NCBI GenBank assembly: GCA_021613535.1
Contig: CP075492.1
Location: 124,001-188,000, forward strand
Direction: 5' to 3'
Source: Adineta vaga
Lineage: Eukaryota > Animalia > Rotifera
DNA length: 64,000 nucleotides
Both the position numbers and the translations under genes were made by a program. Shown in pieces: positions 38,959 to 53,169 of this stretch; position 1 is the first letter of the stretch; every line of letters begins with the position of its first letter. Below the pieces are notes generated by a model that was not told the origin of the DNA, ran no database searches, and saw only the letters and a program-made list of their open reading frames with translations.

Positions 38959-40790
38959 CGGTGAATGGTTCAGCAATATGCGAAGCGACGAGAAATTCTT
39001 CGACGACTTTTAAACGGCTAAATAGAAAATGAAATTCAAAAGACAGAATAATACATTCTCGCTTCATTCTCAAACGACAATCGTGCCTTGATAATGATGC
39101 GAAATGAGAAGAAGGACGCAGCAAACTTTGTTCTATACATTCAAAGTACATTGCAAAATAACTTAGAAAATTCTTTTCACCATGTTTTGAGAAGATTAGC
39201 AGAACAACAAAATAAACTCAGTACGGAACAACATGCTGTGGCAAAAAATCTGACGAAGAAAGAAAAATGAAAAGAAGGATTGAATGATTATAAAGGTGAG
39301 AAATTTGATATTTCGATTTTCTCTGTGTAAAGCTGAAAGCAAACCATGTGGTGACTGGCGGAGGACAATATTTCGTAAGAACAGAAGTTACTCCTGTATC
39401 TCGAAGGTAAAATCGATGACTAGGAAAACGACGGCGAAATGCGGGGTGAGAACAGCTGCCATGACCGATATCGTCTGTCCTTACGAAACGCTCTATGAAA
39501 AAACCCAAGATTTGGATTAAATCACCCAGGATTATTGCCCGTCTAATACCAGATACAAATTCCCTCCTTGGCCAGAGTTGAATCACTGGTTATCACTTTT
39601 TTTCGATTTTTTTCTTCCTTATTTCGGGAGTGCAAGAAAAGAAGTGATATAGCAGTTGATCGAGCTCGCTTCGTTCTACAAAACTGTATCTATGGCTTCC
39701 TCTCAAAGGTCACAATAATTTATAAAATACGAAATACTATGCTTTTAACATCATCCCAACACCTCTACTTGGTAGAGTTCATGATATATTTCAGTGATAC
39801 TATCCCTTTGCCATCTAGAGCGGTTCCAAAAGAACTACTGATGAAACAACTATTGAGATTGAGTATTGGTGCCGTCAATATCGACAAATCGATCAGACGC
39901 TATCTTTTGCTTTTTGGCAGTTCGTTGAGAAGGAGTAGAAGGAATGGTTTGAAAAAATTCTGTTAGGCTTTCCGTAAAACTGATGTGGTTCGGTCAAAAA
40001 ACTGCTTACAAAGCTCGCAGATGTCTTGCTTTGTATAAAATTGGTCGCTCCATAACTATGAGTAATTGACACATTATTTTCTATTTATTTGCAGGGGTTG
40101 AAGAGCCGAGACCGAATTTTAGAAGCCCTCCACTGATCACTCCGTATTTTACCATATCTTATATACCACAGTCTCTTGAAACCTGTGAAATTTATACAAT
40201 TCACTAGTAAACATTCTCCTCGATGTGTATTACCCAGAACGTCTCCGAAATATATACGACGTAGAGACAGAAGAAGACTTTTAGGACAAAACTAGTTTTT
40301 TCAAAATTATCGGTTTTATAAGTCGCATATCTCGAAGTGAACACAATGTAAAAAAAACGTTTTTTTTACCAATCGGCAGCCTTTGGAGTTTACTACAAAA
40401 AAATGTTCTTACAGTTTCTGAATCGTATACTTCCTTTATTTTCTGCAATCGTTTTTTCAAGGTGCATTCCAGTGGAGGAAGAGCAAAGGGTTAATCAGAT
40501 TTTTAACTGCTAAAAGTCGAGTACAAGCGATTAAATTTTTGATGAAGATACTATAATGGATTAGATCCGAAAAAATCTGATTCAAGTCGGATGAAACGTG
40601 TACCACTATACTTAATTATAATCTGATGTTTTACACCATTTTTTTATGTGAGAAACGCTGTTCTCAGGAGATTAGAAATAATATCTACAGACAACTCGTT
40701 CTGTGGTGATCGTTTCATACGTGTAGGACTCGAAAAGACGTTTCAACTATTCAACTTCTAATTCGAGTTTTAAACTTCTAAATCTTTCAG

Positions 40791-42043
40791 TTTAGAATTC
40801 GAGTACTCGAGTTTTAAACTATTCAACTTCTAAATTATAGCAGGGTAACTGAGGTTGTGGAACTCAAATCTAATGTTAGTTTTTACTAATTAGCGTGTGC
40901 TAGCAACTTACTAATAACTAATTAGTAAAAGTTACTATTTTGCATGAAGCTTCACCAAACGGTAGTCGATGTCGACGAACTCTAATCTGATGTTAGCTTT
41001 TACCAGTTAGTAACTGTTAGTAGCCTTATAGTAACTTATCAGTAAAAACTACCATTTTGCATAAAACCTGACCAAAAGGTAATTGATGTCGGAAAAATCG
41101 AATCTGATGTTAGTTTTACTAACTATTAGATACTAGTAGCTCGAGGCGAAGGGTGTGGGTGAAGGCAAAATACAAAGTTCGGGTGAGGGTGAGGGTGAGC
41201 GTGAGGGTGCGGGTGCTAGCAGAACACGAAGTGAGGGTGAGGGCAAAGCATAAAGTGAGGGTGATGGAGTTGAACGGCAAAATACAAGCAATTGTGCTTG
41301 AAATATTCTTCGTTACGTGACGTCGTTCCTAATACTCTAAAAAATAGACTTTGAAAGCATAATAACAGAAGTATTCAGTTCAGAAGTTTCCAAGTTGAAT
41401 AGCGTTAAACTCGAATACTCGAGCTCGGTTAAATCTTATAGAAAGTCATTGTTCATATATTCCTCGAAAAAGATACGCACGGAAAAACCGCGAACGCACG
41501 AACATACACTCATTTTTTTATAAGATTTCCCCGACGGATAAACCTCCTTTCATTGGAGAAAATAGCTAGTCTAATTTACCAACTCGCCACTAACTGGTTA
41601 AAACTAACACCGGATTCGAGTTCTTAAACCTCAATTACCTCTTGGTCAAGCTTTGCGTAAAACAGTAATTTTTACGAATATAATACTACTAAGTTACTAA
41701 CTAGTTACTTATCTGTAAAACTAACATCAGACTCGATTTTTCCGACATCAATTACCTTTTGGTCAGGTTTTATGCAAAATGGTAGTTTTTACTGATAAGT
41801 TACTATAAGGCTACTAACAGTTACTAACTGGTAAAAGCTAACATCAGATTAGAGTTCGTCGACATCGACTACCGTTTGGTGAAGTTTCATGCAAAATAGT
41901 AACTTTTACTAATTAGTTATTAGTTAGTTGCTAGTACACGCTAATTAGTAAAAACTAACATTAGATTTGAGTTCCACAACCTCAGTTACCCTGCTATAAT
42001 TTAGAAGTTGAAAAGTTTAAAACTCGAGTACTCGAATTCTAAA
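40791..42043. mobile_element. Foldback-like element with ~330-bp inverted arms
   Basis: 40791-41119 is the near-perfect reverse complement of 41715-42043; arms are built of ~117-bp subunits. Confidence 0.85.
41143..41266 (+). repeat. Interrupted (TGAGGG)n tract inside the foldback spacer
   Basis: gggtgtgggtga...gggtgagggtgagggtgagcgtgagggtgcgggtg...gtgagggtgaggg. Confidence 0.7.
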
Positions 42044-42448
42044 TTATAAGTTTAGAATTCGAAGAAGAAGTTTAATACTCGAATCGAATTAACGATTTCT
42101 ACACTACTCATATGAAGCAGGTGGTGACGATTGATTATCGATATATAATGAACTTTATCTTAGATTCTAAACATACTAGTTACTTTAATACTATATCATT
42201 TGCTAATCACATGTTATTTCCCAAATTCCGGATTTTTAGGCCACTTTGATTTATTCGATGCTAGTTTAATGGGCATATTTGTCCAATACAAATTTGAATA
42301 CGAGTGGCTCGCAGTGCTTTTGAAAGAGTGAATCATCAGAGTTTCGCTCTCTTCGTGCGACAATTTCCAAAATAAGAATAACAGTTCTGGAAGCATTCCT
42401 ACTCAAGTTTTAGTTTCGGAGATATTGTAAAAATAATTTTATTTTAGA

Positions 42449-43024
42449 ATAGTACTGAGTGCCAATGTGCTATTGACCAGACATGCGGATGGAAATCATC
42501 TTTCATAAATTTCAACGATGACCACGAAGTTATATTTGTGTACGTGTTGCCTGGCATATATGGGGGATGTTATCAGATCAATACTTTGTTTCAATCGACA
42601 CTTGAATGCTTCTACGATCAAACATGTATCAACATGATACAGCACAATTGTGGATATTCTACTGATGAATCTCAATTCTCTCTTCTTAATTCAACTTTGA
42701 ATACAATCAATGAAACAGTAAGAAATACTTTCATTCTTTCTAACTTTTCACGTGTATCTCTAGATCGAATCGATTGCCAACCGCCTGATGATTAATAACT
42801 GGCGGACAATTGTCAATTTTTCCGCCTATTTTAAGTCTTGTGCTCCATCGTTTTGTACTTACCAATATACACAACATCATAGTTTCACCTATGTGATTCT
42901 TACTGTTGTGGGCATCTTCGGTGGACTGATAACAGCATTACGATTTTCCGTTCCAATCGCCATTCAAATTTTTCGAAAGATGAAAAAAGGTACTGACAAC
43001 GAAGTGTTTATTTATGTTGTGTGA
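42449..43024 (+). pseudogene. 3' exons of a Cys-rich transmembrane protein
   Basis: GCY..FQSTLECFYDQTCIN / intron / W..NFSAYFKSCAPSFCTY + TM (GIFGGL); upstream exons not evident. Confidence 0.65.
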
Positions 43025-45060
43025 AAAATGTGTGTTCGACTTGAGACTGTTTAAAACAGAGATCTTAACTTGGCATTAACGTTCAGTTATTATTAGCATA
43101 ATGATAATGTTGATGAATCCTTAGACAAAAAGAATGCCAGTCACTTAATGAAAATCGAATTCCTCCAATAGATTATTTGTGTTCTTTTCTGCATGTTCGA
43201 CCATCACAAATAAGAAAAACCATTCTATTTGAGAATTTCATTTCCGATAACAGATCATCGTCCTTGTGTTTAGGAGAAGTAACAATGCTAGATTTATGCT
43301 AATACTGATATGACATTAATGTCAAAGTACTCGATTAGTTTTTTAATGCCGAAAAGAACAATGGCCTCACATATACGAAAATTTGAACGCACATCCTCAT
43401 CCCTCTTTGGAACTGTTACAACTTCAGTAAGAAATGTAATATTCCTGGAGTATATAGATAGAGTGTCTCTCGTAATAGATGCGGTATCTATACAAAGAGA
43501 TACGAACACATCTACGAATTCTCCTGTAATGCACGTCTACTCAAAACAGAAGCATTCATTTATCTTTTTCAACTTTAATAAAAAAAAGTATCTGCATTTC
43601 GTCAACATTAATGCTTTAATAATACCCCTAGTTGAAAATACACTGTTCCCGTAATGAATTGGCTCTTTCACAAGTTGTTTTTTTTCAACAGCTTCTTTTT
43701 TGTGATACTTGAACTTCCCTTTACTGATTTTTATCCACATTGACAGAACTAGAATTTCCTACCTGTTCTAATCAATCGACAAGCTATAGTGGTCGTGTTG
43801 GATTTAATGTTCGAAACGAAGATAAATACATTCGCTCTACATCTCGTGCGTACCTTATGAACGAACACGAACTTGAGGAAAAGAGGTCACTAACCAATGA
43901 CTTGAATGATTAGAATGATACTTGAACAAAGACGTCTAGATGCTGAACATTTGCATAAGATAAAGAAGACGGATAATCCTGTGTCTTTTAAAATTCGCTT
44001 TGATTAGTGAATTACAATTCTTCTAGTGAACCTGCGCAACATTTTCGATAGTTATACAATTGGGAAGATTTCCGAAATCGAAGGCACGAACAACCTCGTT
44101 CCATGTGCGGTAGAAATATGTTGAGTGTTCGTGACTAATGCTCCTTTCTCTGTTCTAGAATGTAACATCTAGGTGATTTCTAACTCTGGTATGGAGACTG
44201 GTTGAGTGAGTCGTCCCTTGAATTTCTTTTGAGATATAACGTTACGATTGCTTCTGCAAGATTTCTCTCATGTATCGGTAATGACAAACACTTTGGGCCT
44301 TAGAACCTCTCTAAATTCCAGAACCAACATTGGCTAATTTGTTGTCGTGACAAGTGGACGAGCCCAAGTGTGCCATTTCGATCCGACGAACTCATGTGTG
44401 GAGGACAGAACTATATACTGTTCACCAGTTATGAGCAAATGAGCAGTTTAATATTTTACTTCGTACACGCTTCGGCACATTTCAACACAAGTTTTCCTTT
44501 CGCGTTTATTGCTTGAGATTGATCATTCCTTTGTATATATCGACGGGACAAATCTATGCACCTATCGTTTAAATTCACTCACAACTTTATAACTTTACGC
44601 CGCAAATGCGTTTTGCAGACCTTTTTCACATTACAATACACTTCCTACGATCAGCCTTCAACGGCAACTGCCAGAACCTCTTGTTTACTCTCGATGTTCT
44701 CATTGTATTTGAAAGATTTTATTCATACTCTGGGATTATGATCGTACTCCATGGGATTCGGAATCCCAAAAATCCGCCGTTTCCCCCTTGACTGCTTTAC
44801 TGAACAAACACACTTTTTCTTATTCCATACATCAAACTCATAATTTTCTTTATTCATAAACTTACTTATTTATTCTTTTCCAGATTTATCACTACGCTCC
44901 GGAAAAGTAAAACATCAATATTCTTCGACAGCCGAAAATCAACAACTCTATACTTCTTAAACAAAACAGTAACAGTTTTCTATCTACATCCAGTCCAGAC
45001 TTAACAAAAACATCGAAACATGTCATATAATCGCTTTCAATTATTGTCTTATTTTGTAAA

Positions 45061-45088
45061 CTCACCCTCACATCCTCATCTCACCTTC
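45061..45088 (-). repeat. Degenerate (TGAGGG)n tract
   Basis: ctcaccctcacatcctcatctcaccttc. Confidence 0.5.
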
Positions 45089-45336
45089 AGGGCTTTGAAG
45101 TGATGTATATAAAAAAAAGAACAAAAAGAAGATCACTCCCTATATACGGACAAGAAAAGAGAACAGAGAGAAAGAATGATATCGAAGATAACATTCTTTC
45201 TCTAAAAGCAAACGAAACAGAGGTCTGGAACACTACATGAACAGAAAGAAGAAGAAGAAGAATATATTCGGACGTGATGTGGGAGAGAGAAACAGTAGCG
45301 AGGATGCTCGTCATCGCTAAGAAAGAGAAATAAGAG

Positions 45337-47793
45337 TTACAACTTCATAATATAAATAAGTGCATAAAACGGTGGATGTAAATCAATTGTTGATGATGTT
45401 GCTGTATGTGTATGAGGTTGATTTTGTCCACTAGGTCTTATTTTATGTGTATGTTTGCAAGTGGGACAAAGATCGTGAGTACGATGAGCCAAATATCGAC
45501 CATCAGTCGTTACAGTTACCCTTGTATCTCGTGCGGAGGGAAGATCATAATATATCTCTTGGATATCTTCAGTCGCAGTTATACCACCATGATTATGACT
45601 CGGCATTTGTGATTCATTTAATGTTGTCTCATGGACCGTAACTAATGGTACTACAACTGATGACCCACCAGTGGTATGAGGCTGTGCTTGTGCATCAGAA
45701 CCTAAATTAGTAAAATAACATAGATTTTTATGTTCACCTCAAGAGACGCTGCTCACCAGAACCAATAACAAATTTATCACGCAAATCTGGAGTACCATTA
45801 GTACCGTCGCATATTTCCCAGCCGAGAGGAATTGCATTTTCTGTACCATTCCTTAATCAGAAAGGATCAAAGATGGTACTTTTTACACTTATAAAAATCA
45901 AAGAGTTATTTTCTCACCATAGAATAATACTTCCGCTAGGTATAATGTTTGAAGGTTCGACTGTAAAGTCCACTGGCATATTGATCATACTAACTGCACG
46001 AATTATTGCACCATTTGTCTTGTCAATAGTCAATTGTTTTGAGATAATAGCCACTTGAAGACGATCTGTCAAATCGACTAATTCATAGACGTGGAACGAT
46101 TTTGGAACAAATTTTTCGCCTGTCCATTGAAATTCAGTCTGTTGTTGAGAGACTAATCTTTCTATTTCGGTTAAAGAGAGGATATCATGATTTATTTCCA
46201 TAAGAATGTCATGAAAGGAGTTCGAAGAGGACGATGAAGAACCACCTGAACCTCCTATGGTGATTCCAAGGAATGAAGCACTTCCACCACCACTAGCCGA
46301 GTTGCTGTTGCTCAATGTTTGTAAATTTTGTCTATTGAAATCGAAATATGTATTTGTATAATTATGTCGTTTAGTTTCAGTATCATTGTAAGTGAATACT
46401 TTACTAAGCTCCGATGTTAATCGATCAGGATTTAAATCGAACGGAGATCATATTTGATCGAATAATGCTGCATCTAGCGTAATTTGTTGTGCAACATTCA
46501 TACCTAATACAGACAAAGATATCACTGTATAACACAATTAAGTCGATACTTCCGAAATTCAAGTCCCCTGTCTATCAGATAGTTGCGCTGCCTACACAGT
46601 TTTCATACAACATATAGTTGTCTCCGCTGAAACAGCAGATTTCAAAAGCAGCATGATGCGGAAACGTCGGTGCGCAGCGTAATTCTAATCGCTTTTAAAC
46701 AATCTGTACGATGTGTTCTGCCCTCTTACATCATCCATCTGAGGTCACTGACAATATTTTCCTGGGACAAAACTGAATTTTTGCGGGAGTGAAAAAAAAA
46801 TCTCACAAAACTACAGCGCTTTCCTGCCACACGTAGAGGAGAACGATTTTAAAAGTAACAAAGTCGGCTAGTTGTGCTCTACGAATGAATGGCGTGATTC
46901 GCCAGATCGAACAAAATGTCAGCAGATCGATGCTTACCTTGTTGTAACAACGAAATAAATTGCTCTTCTAGGCCATTGATGAGAGACGCTGTATCGACAT
47001 TTATATTTTCCATATAAATCATTTTCTTGACATTTGTTATATAGTTTTCAACAAATTTCGATCCTTGGTTACGATGAATATATTGTGCGGTTGTACTACC
47101 GCCATCGACTATTGTTTTGCTCAGTACACTTTTTAACTGGTCACTAGTAATTGAAACGAAATTCGTTGTCACATGTTTAAACCCAGCAAAATAGAATGCA
47201 ATTTCAATTTCATAGTCACCATTAGCAACCTTTTGTACGATAAGCTCAGCAGTTTCTTTTGATGAACACTGAAATCGGAATGTCATTGTAAGACTGTTTG
47301 GATGCACCACACGGTAAGGATGTACACCGCCCACTGGTGATGCTGTACCACTTACAATAAAAGCCATTAGAGAGTCAATTATCAATGGAGCCACAGTCCA
47401 AGATTTTGAATACTGTGAAACATTTGTATCATATTTATCGACAATTGCTGTGCGTGCTAATTCTTGAATCTCTGGGTTGCCTAGTATTAGTGTCAGCCGT
47501 ATTTCAACGTCAGTAGACCATATCCAATTATCGTTCAAACCATTCTGTGAGGGTGCCATAATTGGTACATAATAAAAGATCCATTTTTGTGGTGTTAACT
47601 TATTTTCATTTTCATTTGCACGTGTACCATAAATATAGACTTGTGCACCTCGATAGTCCACTATTGTTAATATCTGTGTATTAACAACGGATGTAGCAAG
47701 ACTTGTATCATTGATACTGATCACAGGTTCACCGTGAATCAAGACGTTCAAGTTTAATAGAAGACAGAAAACGAAGTAGAAAAGCATAGTCAT
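45337..47793 (-). pseudogene. Secreted protein with C-terminal phage tail-collar/fibre-tip-like domain, 4 exons, one premature stop
   Basis: Signal peptide; spliced C-terminus PSGSIILWNG..IPLGWEICDGTNGTPDLRDKFVIGSG...QMPSHNH...HTH...PPFYALIYIMKL; TGA at 46448-46450. Confidence 0.8.
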
Positions 47794-47958
47794 GTTTTAT
47801 AGAAGAAAATAACGTTAACAGACTCTTTCACTCCATCTATATATGTATACATTAATAAAGTGCATTGTCAGAGGTAAAGGCGATTTTTATCTCGGAGTGA
47901 TTCCTTATCTTATGCATCATTATATAAACCTGACTCATTCTATAAATTACTTCTTTCT

Positions 47959-48056
47959 CGTGGGCGTGCCAAATACTAAGAGGTGTAGGTGTGGATGCGC
48001 CTGAGAATAACTAATCTAACACAGTCGCCCAACCTCACCTTCACACCCTCACCCTA
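47959..48056. repeat. Degenerate inverted telomere-like tract
   Basis: gaggtgtaggtgtgg...cccaacctcaccttcacaccctcaccct. Confidence 0.55.
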
Positions 48057-48599
48057 AAAAAAAGTGGATGTTCTGTGTGTAAAAGAATTTAATAAAAGAA
48101 ACAACACTTTCTTCTCTCCTTGTTCTCAAATGAGATATTTCCCAACTATTTTTTCTTGGAATAAAAGAAACCGTTGTTGATTTTGTAAAAATAAATATCA
48201 AATATTCAATTATAGATTTTTTTATTTAAAAGAATTTTAAAGTTATTTTGATTTTAAGTGATAAATTTAAATAAATATTTGAATTATAATATCAATTAAT
48301 ACTAACATTTAGTTTTCTTTATATTGATATCGATTATCTATAAATAAATAAACTTTATCTTCTTCTAAATTGTAGAAAATTATTAATATTGTTCTTGTTC
48401 TTGTTCTTATTTATAAAATCATTGTATTTAATAAACTTTAGTTAGAAGAAAATCAATTTAATTATATCAAAACAAAATATTTCGAAATTTAATTAAAATT
48501 TATTGATTTTCAAGTTAAATCTTTTGAATAGAAAATCAACAATCAAAACCTTTCCTTCTCTTTTTTCAGAAAAAAACGATAATTTTAATCTAAAATTAA

Positions 48600-50240
48600 T
48601 TAAAATTTTTGAATTCGCTCATTTCTTGCATCAACAACATAAAGATTTCCTTCTAAATCAAACGACATACCATGAGGATAATACAATTGATTTGAATTGT
48701 CTCCATATTCATTTCCACCAACAATTATTTCACCTTCTTGACTTCCTTCATTCCAACGCATTATTCGATGATTCTCATAATCTGCAACATAAATCTGACC
48801 ATTATGGTCAACAGCCAATCCTTGAGGAAAATACAATTGATTAAGATTTTTTCCTCTTCCATTTCCACCAGCAACAATAATTCTTTCTCGAGCATCGCTT
48901 CTCCATTTCATTACACGATGATTATAATCATCTGATACATAAACAGATTGTTCATTATCGACAAAGATAAAAGAAGGAGAATTGAGTTGATTAAGATGAA
49001 CACCTCCACCATTTCCACCAGCAACTAACGTTCCTTCTTTCCCTGTTTCTTCAATTTTCCATCTTCTCACTTCATTTTTCCCCCAATCAGAAACATAAAT
49101 AAATCCATATTTATCCATTGTTAAATGCGAACAGTAGATATTCTCAATAATAACTTCTTGTTTATTTTCATTCAATAGCCATCGAATTATTCGTTTATTC
49201 CCTTTATCAGCAATGATCACCGAATGATTTTGTTGATCGACAATTACATCTGTTGGATATGACAATTGATCCATTCTCTTTTCCTCTCCATTTCCACCTG
49301 CAATGATTTCTCCTTCTATTGCATTGTATTTCCATTTCACAATACGATGATTCAACCAATCAGCAATATAAATATTCTTGTCTTCATCAATAAACATTCC
49401 CGAAGGGTCTTTAAGTTGATTTAATTCGTCTCCTTTTCCATTTCCTCCAGCAACAGTCAATGCATTTTGTTTCCATTTGTTGAATTGAATTTCTAAGAAA
49501 GAAATGAATAAAAATTCTTTATTTATCTTTACTAAAAATGAGTTTTCTTGATCGATTATTTAATTAAATTAGATAATAAAATAATGAATATTTCAGTTAT
49601 ATTTTACATACTTTTATTTCTTGTAATTCTAGTTTTATTTGGATATTTTATTCGAATAAAATTCCAATAAAAAATGAAAATAAAGAATAAAAGAATTGAT
49701 AAACCAATAAATAACATCAGACATTTTTTTAATAATAATTTTCTTCTCAAAGATAAATTATTTTTATTTTCATAATTATTTTCTTGTTGAATAAAACCTA
49801 ATTGAAATATTAATAAAAATAAAATAGAAAATCAATGTCTCTCCTCACAAGAATTTGCAGTTAATTCATCTTTATTATCATTTTGATTTAATATTATTGG
49901 CATAATTAATGATAAACTTTGTATTGATTGATTTTCATTTAAATGTTCTAAACTTTAAAGAAAATGAGAGAAAATTAACTCAAAGAAAATATTAACCTTT
50001 TAATAATTTCGATGCATCAAAACATTGAATTTGATGAAAAGCATTGATAAGAAAAGTTAAATCTTCATTATTTATTTTATCCTGATTAAAAAGTGAATCC
50101 ATATGATTAAATGATGGATCATTTTGAATTCTTTGTGAAATATCATTATTAAGATAAAAATCAAGACGTTTTTGGTCATCGTTTGAAAGACGATGTTGAA
50201 GTCTTAAAAGAATTGAATGTAAATGAAGACTATGCATTTC
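48600..50240 (-). CDS. Transmembrane NHL-repeat (6-blade) protein, multi-exon
   Basis: VAGGNG..LNQL..P and IYVAD..NHRI repeats; upstream TM exon near 49670-49720; 5' boundary approximate. Confidence 0.75.
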
Positions 50241-51304
50241 TAAGATAACCAAGTGCTTGTGGTTTTTTACTTGAAATCGAAAAGGTAAATGTATTGATTT
50301 ATATATAAAATGGTACATGTATATTGATTAGAAATATAAAGATGATTTGAAAAAATGTTATATGATGCCATTTGAGAGAAAATTTCGTTTATTTTTATCT
50401 GTTGATTTATTGATCAACATATAGACAAAAATATATTATCTTTACTTTTCATTGTTTTCATTCATTTTAGTCTCTATAAATGAATTCATGGGAAACGTAT
50501 CACATTCACATTGACCTTTCTAAATTGAGCGGTTTATTAACAGTATTTACTATGTTCTACCCTTATTAAAAAGCGGAAAATCAATTCTTCATATATATAT
50601 ATATATATTCTGATAGGCCGTCTTCTATTTTATCGAACACAATATACAAATGAAATAATTGAGTTTAAAAGGTGAACTTGAGTCCCACTCAGTACGGTCT
50701 TGCTGAATCTGGGTGACTGATGCTATAGGAAGTTTTGTACAGAGTCGCTTGCTCTATCTTCTGGTATATTAGGAATATCACCCGGCTTCGATTTTCAATC
50801 GTTAAAGAATCTCAAGACGTATGTCTATTTTCTAGGCCTAAGTCGGTATTTAGAGGGGCGTGGATACAGGAGACAATATAATGTACAACTCAAACCCATG
50901 CTCATCCGTAATTCCTCTGTCAGAAAGATAAAGATAATTCTATTCATCAACTACAACAATGTTGATGTGGCTAAGCGTGTATATTTTCAGTCTAATCATA
51001 GCGACAAAATTGATGATAAAACGTCATTGGCTTGCAGAGTGATCACAATTATTTGGATTACATACAGTGAGAACATTACTATAACGTTGCATGGAGTCAT
51101 TAAAAATGTAGGTTTATGAAATGGATAACATATAAAATCAAGAGGATAACGACACTCCTGTACTCCAGAGTATATTTCACATTGGCCTCTAACACCTTAA
51201 GTTTTCCTGGATATTTTCTACTATACTTCTCTTACTTCAGGTGTCTTAGAACTTGTGTTTCAGATCTTAGAGTGTGCGAATGTGGTTTTTACTAGAGAAT
51301 ATGT

Positions 51305-51330
51305 CCACACACCCTCACCCACCCACTCTC
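51305..51330 (-). repeat. Short telomere-like tract
   Basis: ccacacaccctcacccacccactctc followed by aagatgg, the same flank as at 1650. Confidence 0.65.
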
Positions 51331-51593
51331 AAGATGGAAATATATTCATTCAAATGAAGAAAAAACATTGTTTTAACTTATATTTTGCATTCGACAAATA
51401 CATAATATTTATTGTTGGAAAAATAATTAATTAGAAATAGTACGACAACAAGTTTACATAAGATTAAAAATTGTTTGATTATAATAAATATAGTGACTTG
51501 ACGATACAACAATCAATTGTTACTCTATAATATTGACTTCAATTATAATGGAGTTGATATTCAACTTTGACGTTATTGATGAATATAACAAAT

Positions 51594-52304
51594 TTATTTG
51601 CACATTAAATTATTTTTAGCTTCATGCCGAAACGTTTTTGATACAAACAAATTATTATAAAACGTAATACAAAATGGAATAAAAACGAAAAACGTACTTA
51701 CACCAATCATAAGCTTTTGAACTTGGCTATCAACAACACTTTTTGAACTAATTGGACTAATTTGTCCATATACTAAAATAACGGACAGCATTAAAGAGAA
51801 AAAAAGATAGACACTGGTATCGACAAGTACAATTCGAATCAGTAGACGATCCTTGAAATGAATAGCTCGCAATTCAGTATTTTTTGCTGTTTGAATGTTT
51901 TTCAGAACAAGAATGGGACGAACACGACCTATATTCCGAACATTTCTTATGGTCCATAATCCAAAAATTAACATCAATAAAGGAATAAGAATTCCTTTGA
52001 CTATAGCTGTGTAATAGCTTATAAATCTGTAATAGTTACCAAACTGGAAAAAGCAAAAATTAACACCAGGTGCAGTTGGTTGAATAAGAACCAGGGCTAA
52101 TGTATGGCTTTCAGCTAACAAACAAAATAATGTGACACACGTGATGCATAAATAAGCAAGACGATGAGTACTTCGTTGTCTTGTGAGAGCATTTCGAGAG
52201 GTAACTAATACTCGATCAACTGATGCCAATATTATGTAAAATGGACCTAGTATGTCGAACAAAAGCAGTGCATAAAAACGAAAACGACAAAGAGTCAGAT
52301 TGTA
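51594..52304 (-). pseudogene. Rhodopsin-like GPCR lacking TM1-TM2
   Basis: Open from YNLTLCRFRFY (before TM3) through ASVDR to TM7; upstream sequence replaced by a telomere-like tract. Confidence 0.85.
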
Positions 52305-52408
52305 GAGGGTGAGGGGTGAGGGTGTGGAGGGTGGGTGTGAGGGTGTGGGTGTGGGTGTGGGTGAGGGTGAGGGTAGGTGAGGGTGAGGGTGGGTGAGGGT
52401 GAGGGTGG
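52305..52408 (+). repeat. Mixed (TGAGGG/TGTGGG)n tract, ~17 units
   Basis: Directly visible; abuts the truncated GPCR. Confidence 0.9.
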
Positions 52409-53169
52409 ATATAGACTGTAGCTGTAAACATCATTCTTATAATTATACTCATATCTTCAAGAAAATGAATTATTTGTATAGAATTTCAAATAATATTTAA
52501 AGTATATGGTGTAATGTGATAAAAGATGTAAATAAAACAAAAGTAAATGTTGCTAATATAAGATGTGAATGAACATTTAATATTTATTCTTTCTTTTAAA
52601 AAAATATAAATTAGAAAAATGTTTTCTTTTCTTCTCTTTTATCATGGTTGACGTCAAAAGATAATGGAAAAGAGATTCTTCTATCATTTATGTGTCATGA
52701 ATAAATAGAAAGAGAAAAGAAAAAAAATACTTTTAAAGATCATAGAAATTATTAATTTTATGTAAAGTATTTCACAAATAAAGTAAGGCAAATGTTTTTT
52801 TTTATTTGAAAAATCTTTTTAAGAAATAAATTCAATAGAAGTTAATCACTAAATTCGAAGAATATACTTATTGTTAAAATATTAAAAAAACTTTGACGTT
52901 GAAGAAAGAATAGAAATAATATTGATTATATACAAATTTTTATTATTTCTCTTTAAAAAATTAAAATGATTGATTTATATTTAAGAAATGAACTATACAA
53001 AACTTTTTTGATAAAATTATTTCAAAAAAGATGTTGCATATTGAAATAAACATAAGTTTTTATTTTCGCACATTCAAACCGATTACAAATCTCGTATAAT
53101 TTTCGTGAGCAGTAAAATTAAACCACTTTGTGAATAGTTTTAAAAGCTGGATCGATGGAAACCACGTTT

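Noticed and set aside
40455-40494. AGGG|TTAA resembling a piggyBac end
   Set aside because: No matching left end or transposase found
43850-44800. Coding-like degraded segment (similar unassignable relics at ~4870-5615, ~50640-51300, ~63300-64000)
   Set aside because: Too disrupted to assign by eye; needs tblastx or HMM search
45010-45030. GAAACATGTC, like a hammerhead stem III, upstream of a TCACCC tract
   Set aside because: No CTGANGA core or stem I/II found upstream; at best a decayed relic
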